Below, piece by piece: positions 28,752 through 39,072 of a stretch of DNA of 64,000 nt. The notes under the pieces are model-generated. The model was not told where the DNA came from and did not search any database. It was given only the letters and a program-made list of their open reading frames with translations. The stretch's first letter is position 1, and each line of letters starts with the position of its first letter. The translations under genes and the position numbers were made by a program. The DNA is from Candidatus Bathyarchaeota archaeon (lineage in GTDB: Archaea; Thermoproteota; Bathyarchaeia; Bathyarchaeales; Bathycorpusculaceae), in contig CAVZPM010000034.1 of NCBI GenBank assembly GCA_963777155.1, positions 1-64,000 on the forward strand, in the 5' to 3' direction.

Positions 28752-29438
28752 TTACTTTTTGCTTGAATTTTCTTGTTTTTTCGAATCAAAAAGCATGCTT
28801 AAACCATACAGTTTTGTTGGGCTAACTCGCGAGAGCGATAGAACTATTGGGACAGTGAACATTGCTTCAGCCAATCCAGATGGAACATACCAAAACAGCA
28901 TCGTGGGCACCGTTACTGTGATGCCTCCAAGTGTTCCTACCATTGGAGCAACACCAATTTCTATTCCTACAGCTAAAGCAGTCAGTATGTTTGACAACCA
29001 TGCAGCTATGAATAGGGCTACCCCAAGTCGCTTCCTGCTTGAACTCCCGTCTAAAATAAATTTTACAACGAAAAAAGAAAAAGCACCAATTATAGCCATA
29101 TTGAAGACGTTAGCTCCAAAACTGGTAATTCCTCCATCTCCAAATGCTAAGGCTTGAATTATCAATACTAAGGTTGAGCTTATTATTGCCCCGCTGGGTC
29201 CAAGAATCATTGTGACCAACGTGCCGCCCATTATATGCCACGTACTTCCGCCTCCTGCCACAGGAAACTCAACCATCTGAACAATAAGAATGACTGCGCT
29301 TATTATCGCCGCGAGCGGGATGAAAACGCGCGACATGTTGCGTTTTGCTGTTTTCCAAGCCCATGCCAAAAAAAATAATGATATACAAAACATGACTATG
29401 CATGCGTATGGGTTGAGAATTCCATCGGGAATATGCAT
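28752..29438 (-). CDS. cbiM: ECF transporter S-component CbiM/NikM
   Basis: N-terminal MHIPDG, GSTWH, IQALAFGDGGIT..GAN..NM. Confidence 0.9.
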   Translation of the reverse strand: MHIPDGILNPYACIVMFCISLFFLAWAWKTAKRNMSRVFIPLAAIISAVILIVQMVEFPVAGGGSTWHIMGGTLVTMILGPSGAIISSTLVLIIQALAFGDGGITSFGANVFNMAIIGAFSFFVVKFILDGSSSRKRLGVALFIAAWLSNILTALAVGIEIGVAPMVGTLGGITVTVPTMLFWYVPSGLAEAMFTVPIVLSLSRVSPTKLYGLSMLFDSKKQENSSKK

Positions 29439-29447
29439 TCATAGATA

Positions 29448-29475
29448 GTGTTAACTTTGCATATTTTAGTATTAC
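29448..29475. promoter_or_regulatory. Candidate NikR-type operator
   Basis: GTGTTA-N16-TATTAC imperfect inverted repeat ~10 nt upstream of the cbiM start. Confidence 0.45.
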
Positions 29476-29611
29476 TAGTTCTGTATGAAACCGTTACCTT
29501 TGCCCTGAAAAATTAATATAAGCTTTTGTAAGCGTTAAAACGTCTGAAATTGCGATACAACCATAAAGGTACTCTATGCAAGGAATTATGAAATTTTTCT
29601 TTTCTCTGACT

Positions 29612-31703
29612 TTAACGTTCGATTGATATCTTGCTGACTCCAGCTTCCTTCTCAAGAGTAATAACATGGTCTGCTTTAGCTGCGAAAGCCTCGGAGTGAG
29701 TAACTGCGATGATTTGTTCGATGGCTTTGAATCGGCTGATGGCTTCGGCTAACCTCTCTATGCTTCCGTCTTCGCTGCCCAAGTTCTCTGTAGGTTCATC
29801 AAGCATGAGCATACCCAAGCCGTGGCCAGTTCTTGACTGCATAATCAACTGTCCCAATCCTAAACGGTAAGCAAACGCCAACAATGTTCTTTCTCCACCA
29901 GAGAGATTGCTGACTTCGCGGTCCACGCCTGTCTCACTTTTCACGTACGGTGTGTAGGTCTCATCGATAACCACGTTAAGCATGGGTGTTTCACCGCCAA
30001 CTAAGCCATCAAGCACTTGCTGTACAAAGTTGCGCAGTAACTTAACAAATTCGCTATCGTAGTTTGGGTTGAATGCTGCGGTAAGCATCGCGGATTGCGC
30101 CGAGAACTTCGATGGTTTTGCGGATTTTCTCCATACGCTCCAGTTTTTCTTGAGCAAGGTTGATGCGTTCTTTGGTGTCATCTAGGCGTTGGGCTAAGTC
30201 TTTTTTACGGTTCTCTTTGGTTCGTAGATCCGACTCTACAATATAATATTGCCTAAATACGCGTTCCCTTTGAACCCGTGCTTCCTCGACGTTTTGGAGA
30301 TTGAATTTGCCTATTTCAAACAAAAGCATTTCTAGCTGTGATTGCAAGTCAACTTCTAGTTTCTGCTTCTCTTCAAATTCAATTGAGAGGTTTTTTAGGT
30401 TGTTTTCTTCCTCGCTGATTCTTGTCTTCAAGTCGGCTTCGCGTGTAACAAATGTCTGAAGGTTTGTAGAGGCTTCGGAAGCAATTGCCTTGGTTTTTTG
30501 CAGGTCAGCAACTTGAATCCTAAGTTGGTTAATGGTTCTTTCCCGCTCAATGTTCTCTTGATGTATTCTCTGCATCAAATCCGTCTTGTATTCACCTGTT
30601 AATGGTTGAATGCAGAGCGGACACTTACTTTCCTGAGCTAGGTCAACGGCTCTTTTCTTGTCAGTTTGCATGCTTCGTGAAGTGGCTTCTTGCTCAGCTT
30701 TCAAAGTGCTTATTTTATCGTCAAACCCAGCCAAACAAGAACTCAACTGTTCGATTGGCAAATTATCTGGTAACCCTGCCTGCTGCAACTTACCCCAGCA
30801 CATCTTTATCTGGGAATCAAGAGAGATTTGACGTTGATGCAGGTTGTCGACAATGGTTTTTTTGCCTTCTATACGTTGACTAAGCGACGCCAATGTTGCT
30901 GTCATGTTTTGAATGTTAGCGTTGAGTTTTGCTTCTTTACGTTTGAGTTCTTCTATAGCGATTTTCTTTTCTTCCAATTGTTTAAGCTGGGAATTTGCTT
31001 CATCCAATGCTCTTTTTGCAACCGCCAACTTCTGCGTTGAATTCTCCAGTTCCATCTCCAAAAGAGTGAATTCTTCGCTTGCCCTGTTGTATTCGTTGCT
31101 GAGTTTTTCTAAGCCATTTACATCGGCGTCTTTTTGAAAGTAAGACAACTCATTCTCATAGTCTCGTTTAAACGGACCAATATTATTCCAAGCAACTTCA
31201 TAGTCTGATAAACCGAATAATTCATCCAAACGTGTTTGCCTATCTCGTGGTTTGGCATCCAAAAGATCCTTGAGGTGTTCCTGCCTAAACCAGACAATTT
31301 CACGGTAAAGGTCCCTGTCAAGACCCGTGATTGCTTTAAACTGTTCAGAGATGGCTTCTGTTTTCATGCTTGCTACCAGCTTGTCATCCTCGAGGAGTTT
31401 GAGTTGTTCGAAGTCTTGGTTGATGCTTTTGCCCTTGCGTTTTAATCCACGGGTCAACTTGTAGGTCTTGCCGTTGTGAGTAAACTGCACAGTGACTCTG
31501 CACCAGTCAGCGTTTTCCCTCATGAGGTATTCAAAGCTCTTGCTGCCAATTGTGTCACCGAACAATGCAAAATCAACCGCGTACATTACGCTGGATTTGC
31601 CGCAGCCTACACCGCCAACTAAACAATTGAATCCACGAGTGAAAGGCACTGTGGATTTAGTGTGACTACGGATGTTTTCCAGCTGTACAATTTCTATTTT
31701 CAT
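29612..31703 (-). CDS. rad50: Rad50 ATPase (~696 aa), one apparent +1 frameshift at ~30056
   Basis: LENIRSH, Walker A GGVGCGKSS, Q-loop, CPLC zinc hook, LSGGE, LDEPT, VTH. Confidence 0.9.
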
Positions 31704-32902
31704 TTGGCAAGTTCCTCGATGGCTTGCTTGACTTTCTCGTCCTGCTTCCGGGTTAAGGGCTCAATTAGGCTAAGCGCAGCTTTGGAGATTTTTTCAGCCT
31801 CTTCCTTGCCATAACGGTCTGCAAAGATCTGCTGGAAATACTCGAATGCCTTGGTTTTAAGGTCCTTAAATCCGCTTTCAAATATGGAACGCACGATTTC
31901 GTCTGAAACTGACGTTTCTTTGAGCAAAATAATGGGGTGAACAAGCAACGCCTTTTCGCCTGCGCAACGAATTTTTGCAATGTCGATTTCTGTGCGGTTG
32001 GCTTCAGCTGGCAGGGTTCCCTTCAGTACTGGAATCACCACTACGCCTTCTTCGTCAGCTTCTCTTACCATTTGAATGGCTAATTCGGTTATCTTGGCGG
32101 AAGACATGCCTGTGAAATCTTGTTCTGCAAGCACAAATCTGCGGGGGGACGAAAGATCTATTGGTTCTGGAGCAGCTTCGCCTTTCTCGTTAACCTTTAC
32201 ATGGAAGAAACCCTTGGGGTATTTGGCTTCGTCGTATCCAACAGTTTCTATGCAGCCGCTATAAACCAAAATGCCATCTTTGAACTTGCCGACAAACCGT
32301 TCGTGCACATGTCCAGCTGCATAATAACAGAATCCGCTCGGCAACTCCTCAGGCGAAATTTCGGCTTCAAAAGGACCCTTAACGCTTGGCAAATCTAATG
32401 CGCCGTGAAAAACAAAGATGTTGGCAACTCTATCTTTTGGCGTTGGCTGGTTTTCCGCCATAAATTTTGGTAGTGCCTCTTGAGTTTTATGGCGGTTGTG
32501 ATAGGTTGGGATCCCGTATACGTAGCAGCAATCCTGTTTGGTCCAGCATGCACCCTGATGTCTTGGCAGATGGGTGATTAATCCTGCACTGTCTAGGGGG
32601 TAGAGGATTGTGCTTGTTATTGTGTTTGGGGCGGAATCGTGTGAGCCATCAACCGTTAAAACTGGGATGCCTGCATCTTTTAGCCGCTTAAAACTTCTGA
32701 TAGTGTTCTCTAAAGTGTGGTTGGATGGCCTTGGCTGATGAAAAAGGTCACCGGCAATAATCATGAAATCAGGTTTTAACTCAATTGTTTTTTCGACAAG
32801 TTCTCTAAATGCGTCGTCGAAGTCTTGCCTTCTTGCCTCTAAGCCATACTGCGAATAACCCAAATGCAGATCTGCAGCGTGAACAAAGCTAAACGGCTTC
32901 AA
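31700..32902 (-). CDS. mre11: Mre11 nuclease
   Basis: ADLHLG, AGDLFH, GSHD, YYAAGHVH, VYSG; ATGA overlap with rad50. Confidence 0.92.
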   Translation of the reverse strand: MKPFSFVHAADLHLGYSQYGLEARRQDFDDAFRELVEKTIELKPDFMIIAGDLFHQPRPSNHTLENTIRSFKRLKDAGIPVLTVDGSHDSAPNTITSTILYPLDSAGLITHLPRHQGACWTKQDCCYVYGIPTYHNRHKTQEALPKFMAENQPTPKDRVANIFVFHGALDLPSVKGPFEAEISPEELPSGFCYYAAGHVHERFVGKFKDGILVYSGCIETVGYDEAKYPKGFFHVKVNEKGEAAPEPIDLSSPRRFVLAEQDFTGMSSAKITELAIQMVREADEEGVVVIPVLKGTLPAEANRTEIDIAKIRCAGEKALLVHPIILLKETSVSDEIVRSIFESGFKDLKTKAFEYFQQIFADRYGKEEAEKISKAALSLIEPLTRKQDEKVKQAIEELAK

Positions 32903-33054
32903 TCCGACAATACTCCCCTTATTTTTCCGCTTGTGTTGTGATAGTTGGATTGCCTATTTTAAAGCGTTTATGTATATTCACTGTTTCTTGACTTTTAAAG
33001 GAAAAAGTATAAACCATCATATACAACTTAACTGTAAAAAGGCCCCAAACAATC

Positions 33055-33864
33055 ATGAAATGCCAAGTATGTGCAACAGAAACAATGATACCTTTCCGCT
33101 GCCCCTTCTGTGGCGGACAATTCTGCAGTGCACACCGCCTACCCGAAAATCATAAGTGCCCAGGAATCAGCGCTGCTCGGGCACAGACCCAAGAGCGGGT
33201 GATGGCTCCTCAATCGTATAACTCTTACAATTATAGCTACGTCTTCGGTCAAGATCCATACAAGCGCCGAGTGCGTGTTGTTTTTAGCCAAAAAGAAGTT
33301 AAACACATTGGTATCGCAGCCGCTCTTGTGATAGGTATAGGTTTATCGATGGCTTTGTACAGTTTCAGCTGGAGCTGGACTGTTATGGCTACATTCGCCG
33401 TTGTTATGACAGTGTCTTTTCTGGTTCATGAAATCGCTCACAAAGTGATGGCGCAGCAAGCTGGGATGTGGGCTGAATTTCGTCTCACAACATGGGGAGC
33501 TGTATTAACGCTTGTTTCAGTGTTTTTGCCATTTAAAATGATTGCCCCAGGCGCCATGATGATCGGGGGACAACCACCCTCCGCCAAGGACATGGTAAAA
33601 ATCTCTATCGCTGGAGTAATTACGAACATGATTTTCGCTGCCACCTTTCTGGGTTTAGCATTTGGTTTACCCATCAGCGAATATTCAGGAATGCTATTCT
33701 TTTCCGCCTACATCAACTCGTTTATGGCACTCTTTAACCTGATTCCATTCGGAGTCTTGGATGGCTACAAACTGTTTCTCTTAAACAGGACAGTGTGGGC
33801 GTTAGCGTTTATTCCAAGCATCGTCCTCACAGCGATCTCTGGATGGATAATGTTCTTTGCTTAA
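33055..33864 (+). CDS. AN1-type zinc finger fused to M50 (site-2) membrane metalloprotease
   Basis: CQVC..PFRCPFCGGQFCSAHRLPENHKC; HEIAH; FNLIPFGVLDG. Confidence 0.88.
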   Translation: MKCQVCATETMIPFRCPFCGGQFCSAHRLPENHKCPGISAARAQTQERVMAPQSYNSYNYSYVFGQDPYKRRVRVVFSQKEVKHIGIAAALVIGIGLSMALYSFSWSWTVMATFAVVMTVSFLVHEIAHKVMAQQAGMWAEFRLTTWGAVLTLVSVFLPFKMIAPGAMMIGGQPPSAKDMVKISIAGVITNMIFAATFLGLAFGLPISEYSGMLFFSAYINSFMALFNLIPFGVLDGYKLFLLNRTVWALAFIPSIVLTAISGWIMFFA

Positions 33865-33941
33865 AAGGGTCGCTGTATTGGCGGCTTCCACTCTAACGCG
33901 TTTTTTGTTTCACGGCAGAATGAGAAATTAATTAAGAAGGT

Positions 33942-34250
33942 TTAGATGAGTTCGATTGTTACGTGCACTTCTTCAGGTACACGGATACGCATGATGCGTC
34001 TCATGACACGCTCTTCTGAGTCGATGTCGATTAAACGTTTGTGGATGCGCATTTCCCATCGATCCCATGTTGCTGTGCCTTCGCCTGACGGACCTTTTAG
34101 AACTGGAACACGTAAACGTTTGGTTGGTAGTGGTACTGGGCCGTTCATTTTAACGCCTGTTTTTGAGGCGATGCTTTTCAGTTCTCCACATACCTCTTCT
34201 AATTTACTGTAATCTGTACTTGTGAGGCGGATTCGTGCTTTTCTGACCAT
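33942..34250 (-). CDS. rps10: 30S ribosomal protein uS10
   Basis: [26 protein letters not shown]. Confidence 0.97.
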   Translation of the reverse strand: MVRKARIRLTSTDYSKLEEVCGELKSIASKTGVKMNGPVPLPTKRLRVPVLKGPSGEGTATWDRWEMRIHKRLIDIDSEERVMRRIMRIRVPEEVHVTIELI

Positions 34251-34581
34251 ACTTTTATGTCAAATCCCGTTTGTTGCAAACCATAGACACAATAGCCAAA
34301 CATAAAAACCTATCGACGCACATTATTTCTTATTGTCTAGCATTTTGTCGATCCGCAGAATCTCTTAGGTTTTCGATAGAAACGTTCTGTAATACCTTAA
34401 AGGTTGTGGGTTTACTGAGGCTATGGGCCCGAAAGAGGAAAAGGAAAAATGATAACCTCAACCTATTGATTGGAGTCTTAATGCAAATGTTATCCAGAGC
34501 CCATTCAGCCCCACATTTTCTCTAAGCACTGGTTTAAATGACTAAAAAAGGGGAAAGATAGATTTTGATTGAGTCTTCTGT

Positions 34582-34840
34582 TTATGGTCTTTTTCTAACT
34601 GCCATCAACAGGATAGCACCGACTACAGCTATTGCAACTATAATTGCTGCTACTCCTGCGGCAATGTACATGTCAGTTGGCGGTTGAGCGGTTTCTGCGA
34701 CTGGTGATGCTGTGGGTGCCGCTGGGTCGACTACAAAGCTTGTTTCTTGAGCTGAGGAATAGTACGCTTCTGTACCTGCGAAAGTAGCGATCACTGTGTA
34801 TTTTCCTGGAATATCTGGTTTCCACGCTAAGCGAAAGCTA
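34582..34840 (-). pseudogene. Start-less C-terminal fragment of a large surface protein (Ig-like + TM anchor), copy A
   Basis: FRLAWKPDIPGKYTVIATFAGTEAYYSS..ETSFVV..TDMY-TM-RKRP*. Confidence 0.7.
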
Positions 34841-35599
34841 TACTTGACTCTTCTTAGAATGGGAAACGCAAATGGCCGAACACTTGCAGAACAGGCAAAA
34901 GTGCCCCGATCAATAGTCTACAGGGCACTAGATGAACTCCAAAAGAAAGGATTAGTTGAAAAAGAAATCAGCCAGCCCTACACGTTTATTGCAACTCCAA
35001 TTCAACATGGACTGCAAATGCTAATAGATCAAAAATTTGAGGAATGCAAAAAAATCCGAAAAGAAACAAATACATTTCTCAAGAAAACAAGAAGCAACCA
35101 AGAGACCTCGTTTGGGGACCAAGAATACAGGCTTTTGATGATTGACCGAAAAGAAAGGATAACCCAAAGAATGAGGCACCAACACGACAATGCAAAACTA
35201 AATGTGGACGTTCTTTCTACCCCACAGAGATGGCTGCAAATTCTTCACGATTGTGTGCAAAACTATGAAAACACTCTGTCTAGAGGCGTCAAGTATAGAG
35301 TAGTATTAGATAGTTGTAAACTAGACATTGACCGCCAGAAGAATATTCAGGCGCTGCTTACAAAACCAAACTTTAATCTCAGGTTGAGCACTAGCTCACT
35401 GTGCGTTAACGCTGCCATCTTTGACGGCAAAGAAGCCAGTTTCTGTTTTTATCCTTCAAAGCCTTTGACTGAGTCTCCTATTATTTGGACAAATCATCCC
35501 AGCTTCTTAGCGATGTTTCAAAGTTACTTTGAGAATATTTGGGAGTCAGCCCAGTGTGTCACTGGAATACCAAAAAGCATGATTCAGCCGACTAATTGA
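34835..35599 (+). pseudogene. TrmB-family transcriptional regulator lacking its N-terminus
   Basis: KLYLTLL..A..LA..AKVPRSIVYRALDELQKKGLVEK; C-terminal IFDGKE..IWTNHPS..YFENIW; the ORF-track start lies in the antisense of the neighbouring fragment. Confidence 0.7.
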
Positions 35600-35686
35600 A
35601 GATAAAATGCCTTCATTTAACCCTGTCAGTATTAACGTACTAAGAAGCTTTAAAAAAAGAAAAGGGGATAGTTTTGCTTAGGATTT

Positions 35687-36035
35687 TTATGGTCGTCTTC
35701 TAAGGGTTAGCAATATAGCTGCGCCGATGATAATTAGAATCACTATTATTGCGATTCCTGTGCCCAAGACATATGTGTCAGTCATTGATGCTGGTGGTCC
35801 TGCTGTAGGTACTACCGTTGGATGTGGTTCCTCGACTGTAAAGGTGGTTTCAGTCGATGATGGCCAGTTTCCATTAGTGCCATGGAAAGTTGCGATGACC
35901 TTGAAGTCGCCTGTAATGTCAGGAGTCCATGTTAGACTATACCTACCCGTGTTGTCAGTTTTTGTAGTGCCGATATTTCTGTAGTTGCCATTAGAATCTA
36001 TGACATCTATTGTTATGTCAACACCAATTGTTGCT
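35687..36035 (-). pseudogene. Start-less C-terminal fragment of a homologous surface protein, copy B (not in ORF track)
   Basis: GVDITIDVIDSNGNYRNIGTTKTD.TGRYSLTWTPDITGDFKVIATFHGTNGNWPSS.ETTFTV..TDTY-TM-RRRP*; no start codon between the upstream in-frame stop and the Ig-like region. Confidence 0.75.
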
Positions 36036-36062
36036 TCGAAAAAACGGTACCCTTGACCTGTT

Positions 36063-36287
36063 TTAGTGAGACTTAGTCTGGTTGATTCGATCTGTTATGG
36101 CATCGCTTTGTTCAGGTGTAAACAACTCTTCGCTGCAGCTTGGGCATTTCAGTGCCTTAACATTTTGCAGGATTATGCCATCAACTTCAAAATCAAATTC
36201 TACCTCGATGTATTCTATGCAGCATGAGGGACAAAGGAGCGCATTTGCTTTGGTGCCGTTTGGCTTATTGGGTAATTTTTTTCCCAA
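36063..36287 (-). CDS. YgiT/MqsA-type zinc finger protein
   Basis: CPSC...NVKALKCPSCSEELFTPEQ. Confidence 0.75.
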   Translation of the reverse strand: MGKKLPNKPNGTKANALLCPSCCIEYIEVEFDFEVDGIILQNVKALKCPSCSEELFTPEQSDAITDRINQTKSH

Positions 36288-36735
36288 GTTCTTCTGCCCA
36301 AACCTCAACTTTAGACATATCGGTGTTATCTAACATGGTTTTCTTAAAGTATCTTATACGGCCACCAAATGCTTCAGCGCTTATAGGATTAACTTTGGGG
36401 TATTTGGATAATGTTTTTTCAACAAATTTTGCTTTTGCGTTGTCGTAACTTCCAGGGGTACCCGCCCAAGAAGAGGATACAAAAAAAGCCACCTTCTTCC
36501 CAGTCAAATCGTTCTCCAAAAACTTCAGAACTTTGCCATAAACTCTTCCGTTTCTAACTCCGCCGCCGATAATAACGTTCTGGTACTGAGTTAATTCAAG
36601 GGGTTTTTGCTCTTCGAGGTCAACCAAATCAACTTCGAGCTGAAACTTTGATCGTAGAGTTGCCGCTATTTTTCTTGCTGCTTCTTCAGTGGCTCCACCT
36701 TTTGTTTGATAGGCGATTAGGGTTTTACCCATCAA
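36265..36735 (-). CDS. Flavodoxin-domain protein (HemG-like)
   Basis: TLIAYQTKGGATEEAA..IA, VIIGGGV, AFGG. Confidence 0.85.
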   Translation of the reverse strand: MMGKTLIAYQTKGGATEEAARKIAATLRSKFQLEVDLVDLEEQKPLELTQYQNVIIGGGVRNGRVYGKVLKFLENDLTGKKVAFFVSSSWAGTPGSYDNAKAKFVEKTLSKYPKVNPISAEAFGGRIRYFKKTMLDNTDMSKVEVWAEELGKKITQ

Positions 36736-36736
36736 T

Positions 36737-37105
36737 TCAAGTACTTCCGCGTGATTCTTTATCGGTCACCATTCTGCTTCCGCAGTTGTTGCAGAAGATT
36801 GAGCCTGATGGGTTTTTGGTTCCACATTTTGGGCAAGCAACTGAGCCTTGGGCTGCAGTAGCGGAGGGTTTTCCCTGTAAATCTCTGCTGACTTTTTTGA
36901 ATGCGGAATGTGTTTCTTTAGCTGCAATTGTGAATGCTTTTTCAAGTTCAATTCCTACTTGGTAGAATGCATCACGTATTTCATCTGCTGGGTAAGTTGC
37001 TTTGGCAGCTTTGCCTTTTGGGGTTTTTGTGCCACATTTAGGGCAGAAGTACGATTCATCATCTATTTTTGAGCCACAGTTGGAGCAGTAAACCAATCTT
37101 TTCAC
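36737..37105 (-). CDS. Double zinc-ribbon protein
   Basis: YCSNCG..FCPKCG and CPKCG..FCNNCG. Confidence 0.8.
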   Translation of the reverse strand: MKRLVYCSNCGSKIDDESYFCPKCGTKTPKGKAAKATYPADEIRDAFYQVGIELEKAFTIAAKETHSAFKKVSRDLQGKPSATAAQGSVACPKCGTKNPSGSIFCNNCGSRMVTDKESRGST

Positions 37106-37179
37106 CAGTAAAATAGCATGCCGAGCTGTGAATTTAAGCCTTTATAGAAACGGAAAATAAAGGAAAATTTGTTGGATGT

Positions 37180-38541
37180 TTAATCTACAAGTTTTTTCTT
37201 GGCTTCTTCAATTAGTTTCACTGTTTGCAACCGCCAAGGCTCAAAGCCTTCAGGTGATGCAGGATAAGTATTGTAGTGTGCGCTAAGACCCCTCATCATC
37301 GTTACTGTTAGGCGTAGTCTGTTGAGGAAGCCGACTCTGCGTAATCCCTTGAAGACTCGTTTAGCGGTTTCAGTGATGTTTAGATGGAAATCGTCGCCCA
37401 TGCCTGCCTTGAGTACGTCGTCTTCTGTCATGAGTTTCTCGTTCATACCATAGTTTAGGTCTTCGTCACTGCATGAGAGGAGGAACATTTTGAAGATGTC
37501 AAGTGTGCCTTGTTTCTTGCCGTAGGTGTCAATGTATTTCTTGTTGTAGCCCCAGAGTGCTTCTTTGGTTGGTTCGCCTTTGCTGAGTGCTTCAACGATT
37601 TGTTGTCCTGCTAAGTAGCCGCTGAGCATTGAGGGTCCGATGCCGCCGCCGTGAATTGGGTTAACTAGGGATGCTGCATCGCCAACTAGCATGACACCGT
37701 TGGAGACCATGTTGTCGATTGGTCTACGGACGGGGTCAAACCATGCTCCACCGGTTAAAACCAAGGAGCCTTCAAAGATTGGCTTTTTAAATGCTGTTTT
37801 GTAAAGTTGAGTTTTAGGGTTAGGGTAATTTGGACGCATGCAAGCGCCTATTCCAACATTAACCCGTGCGCCGCCTTTGGGGAAAATCCAAATGTAGCCG
37901 CCTGGAGAGGCTTTTTGGTTGAGGTAGATTTCGCAGAAACGGGTGTTTTCGGTTTCCTGTTTAAGTTGGCGGATTTCTCGGTAGCACGCTTCGACATCCT
38001 CATTTGCTATTTCGCGGTCTATGCCCATCTCGGCGGGCAACTGTTTACGGACCATGCCAAAGTAGCCGCTGGCGTCAATCACAACTTTGCTGTGCATCTC
38101 GGCAACTTTGCCCGTGACCATGTTTTTGGCGGTCACGCCAACAACTGTGCCTTTCTCGATTATTGGCGATCTGAAGTTCATGTTGTCTTGGAGCAACGCG
38201 CCTTGATCGGTGGCTTTCTTAAGGAGCCACTGGCCAAATAGACGCCTGTTGAGTAAGTGGCCGACGAAGTCTTTGTCGGCTATGGTGAAGACGGTGTTTT
38301 CGTCTGGGCTGTAGATTTTTATGCCATCTATTTTAGCTTCTAACTCGCCGCCTGTGGGTTTTTCGAGCCCCAAAAATTTTAGGTGATGTTCGCCTAAAGC
38401 GTCGCCGCAGATTTTCTCTCCGATTTCTTCGCGTTTTTTCTTCTCTACTAAGCAGACTTTTAGTCCTTTTTCAGCGACAGTTTTTGCTGCAAGGCAGCCT
38501 GCTGTTCCTGCACCTACAACTATGACGTCATATTTTTCCAT
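37180..38541 (-). CDS. Geranylgeranyl (DGGGPL) reductase family flavoprotein
   Basis: VVGAGTAG, GGYIWIFPKG, VGDAA..NPIHGGGI. Confidence 0.9.
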   Translation of the reverse strand: MEKYDVIVVGAGTAGCLAAKTVAEKGLKVCLVEKKKREEIGEKICGDALGEHHLKFLGLEKPTGGELEAKIDGIKIYSPDENTVFTIADKDFVGHLLNRRLFGQWLLKKATDQGALLQDNMNFRSPIIEKGTVVGVTAKNMVTGKVAEMHSKVVIDASGYFGMVRKQLPAEMGIDREIANEDVEACYREIRQLKQETENTRFCEIYLNQKASPGGYIWIFPKGGARVNVGIGACMRPNYPNPKTQLYKTAFKKPIFEGSLVLTGGAWFDPVRRPIDNMVSNGVMLVGDAASLVNPIHGGGIGPSMLSGYLAGQQIVEALSKGEPTKEALWGYNKKYIDTYGKKQGTLDIFKMFLLSCSDEDLNYGMNEKLMTEDDVLKAGMGDDFHLNITETAKRVFKGLRRVGFLNRLRLTVTMMRGLSAHYNTYPASPEGFEPWRLQTVKLIEEAKKKLVD

Positions 38542-38642
38542 GTGATTTGTTCCTCCAAGTTAACTTTACTTTGTATACCTTGTTGTATATGTAAAGCTTA
38601 ATAAATTATGAAGTAAGCAAAACCACACCGAGTGTAGGTCAG

Positions 38643-39071
38643 ATGAGTGCCCCACTAACTTTAAGCGCAGAATTCCGCAAGATCGTGGAAGCCCGCATGA
38701 ACCAAGTTCTACATGGCATAGAGGAAACCTTTAACGCCATTATAGAGAAACAAAAAATCACTCCCACCGAACTCAAAGATGAACTTGAAAGTCTCCAAGA
38801 CAGCTTCAACATGCTTTTCCAGAAATGGAGCCTGGAAATCCTTTACACTCTCATGCTTAAAGATGCCATTGGCTTTGGCGAAATAAAAAAAACTTTGGGT
38901 GTCAACTCAAGAACCCTCTCAGACAAACTCAAGATGCTTCAAACACACGGCTACATAATCCGAAACGTCACGGCTGGTCCACCCTTGCGAGTAGCTTATT
39001 CGCTGACTTCTAAGGGAAAAAACACTGTGCTGTTAGCTTTGCCGCTACTGTACTATTCCAGTTCAACTTAG
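38643..39071 (+). CDS. HxlR-family transcriptional regulator
   Basis: KWSLEIL, NSRTLSDKLKML, PPLRVAYSLT.KG. Confidence 0.88.
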   Translation: MSAPLTLSAEFRKIVEARMNQVLHGIEETFNAIIEKQKITPTELKDELESLQDSFNMLFQKWSLEILYTLMLKDAIGFGEIKKTLGVNSRTLSDKLKMLQTHGYIIRNVTAGPPLRVAYSLTSKGKNTVLLALPLLYYSSST

Positions 39072-39072
39072 C

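Noticed and set aside
33942-34250. rps10 not adjacent to the EF-1alpha gene
   Set aside because: Operon splitting is common in archaea, and the gene sits beside a rearranged region
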